Positions 42,310 through 42,369 of a DNA stretch of 42,369 nucleotides are shown here, piece after piece. A program made the position numbers and the translations under genes. The DNA lies in the IMG/VR virus record IMGVR_UViG_3300036828_000686, positions 66,333 through 108,701 of that record; one strand, 5' to 3'. The DNA comes from a virus. Its lineage: Duplodnaviria; Heunggongvirae; Uroviricota; Caudoviricetes. Under the pieces are notes generated by a model. That model was not told where the DNA came from. It did no database searches and saw nothing but the letters and a program-made list of their open reading frames with translations. Every line of letters starts with the position of its first letter. The stretch's first letter is position 1.

Positions 42310-42369
42310 CTCATGGGGCGGTTCGTGCGCGCGAGGCTGGCGTGCGCGAAGTAGGGAGAGAAACGGCCG

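Overview
High-GC actinobacterial (probably filamentous-actinomycete) phage or prophage segment with an HK97-type head module. Reading the minus strand from about 33.4 kb leftwards: putative TerS, PLD nuclease, glycosyltransferase, a protein+ncRNA cassette, TerL, two papain-like proteins, an antisense HNH endonuclease, portal, prohead protease, major capsid, four small P/G-rich proteins, a ~9-kb glycan-biosynthesis island, virion-type proteins including a 785-aa Ala-rich repeat protein, a dTDP-glucose dehydratase-like enzyme, head-tail adaptor, a KcsA-like K+ channel, tail-terminator-like protein and another glycosyltransferase. 33.7-40.2 kb is a divergent plus-strand accessory block (secreted proteins, DUF397, macrodomain, many small ORFs). 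No tape measure, tail tube, integrase, polymerase or canonical endolysin is recognisable in the window. Two signals stand out. (1) The portal gene appears to start at ATG 24749 with a strong RBS and to need three successive short ribosome hops: GTT-TTA-T-GTC (+7), AAT-TT-AAC (+5, TTA in the A site) and CCT-TGA-CCT (+6). It lies next to a free-standing HNH endonuclease, recalling the T4 mobA/gene 60 cassette. (2) A circularly permuted tRNA-like RNA (T arm, CCA-containing closed acceptor loop, then D arm; YrlA-like topology) lies between a 260-aa unknown gene and a terminator, with no Ro60/TROVE gene in the window. All product calls are by-eye motif recognition; no database searches were run.
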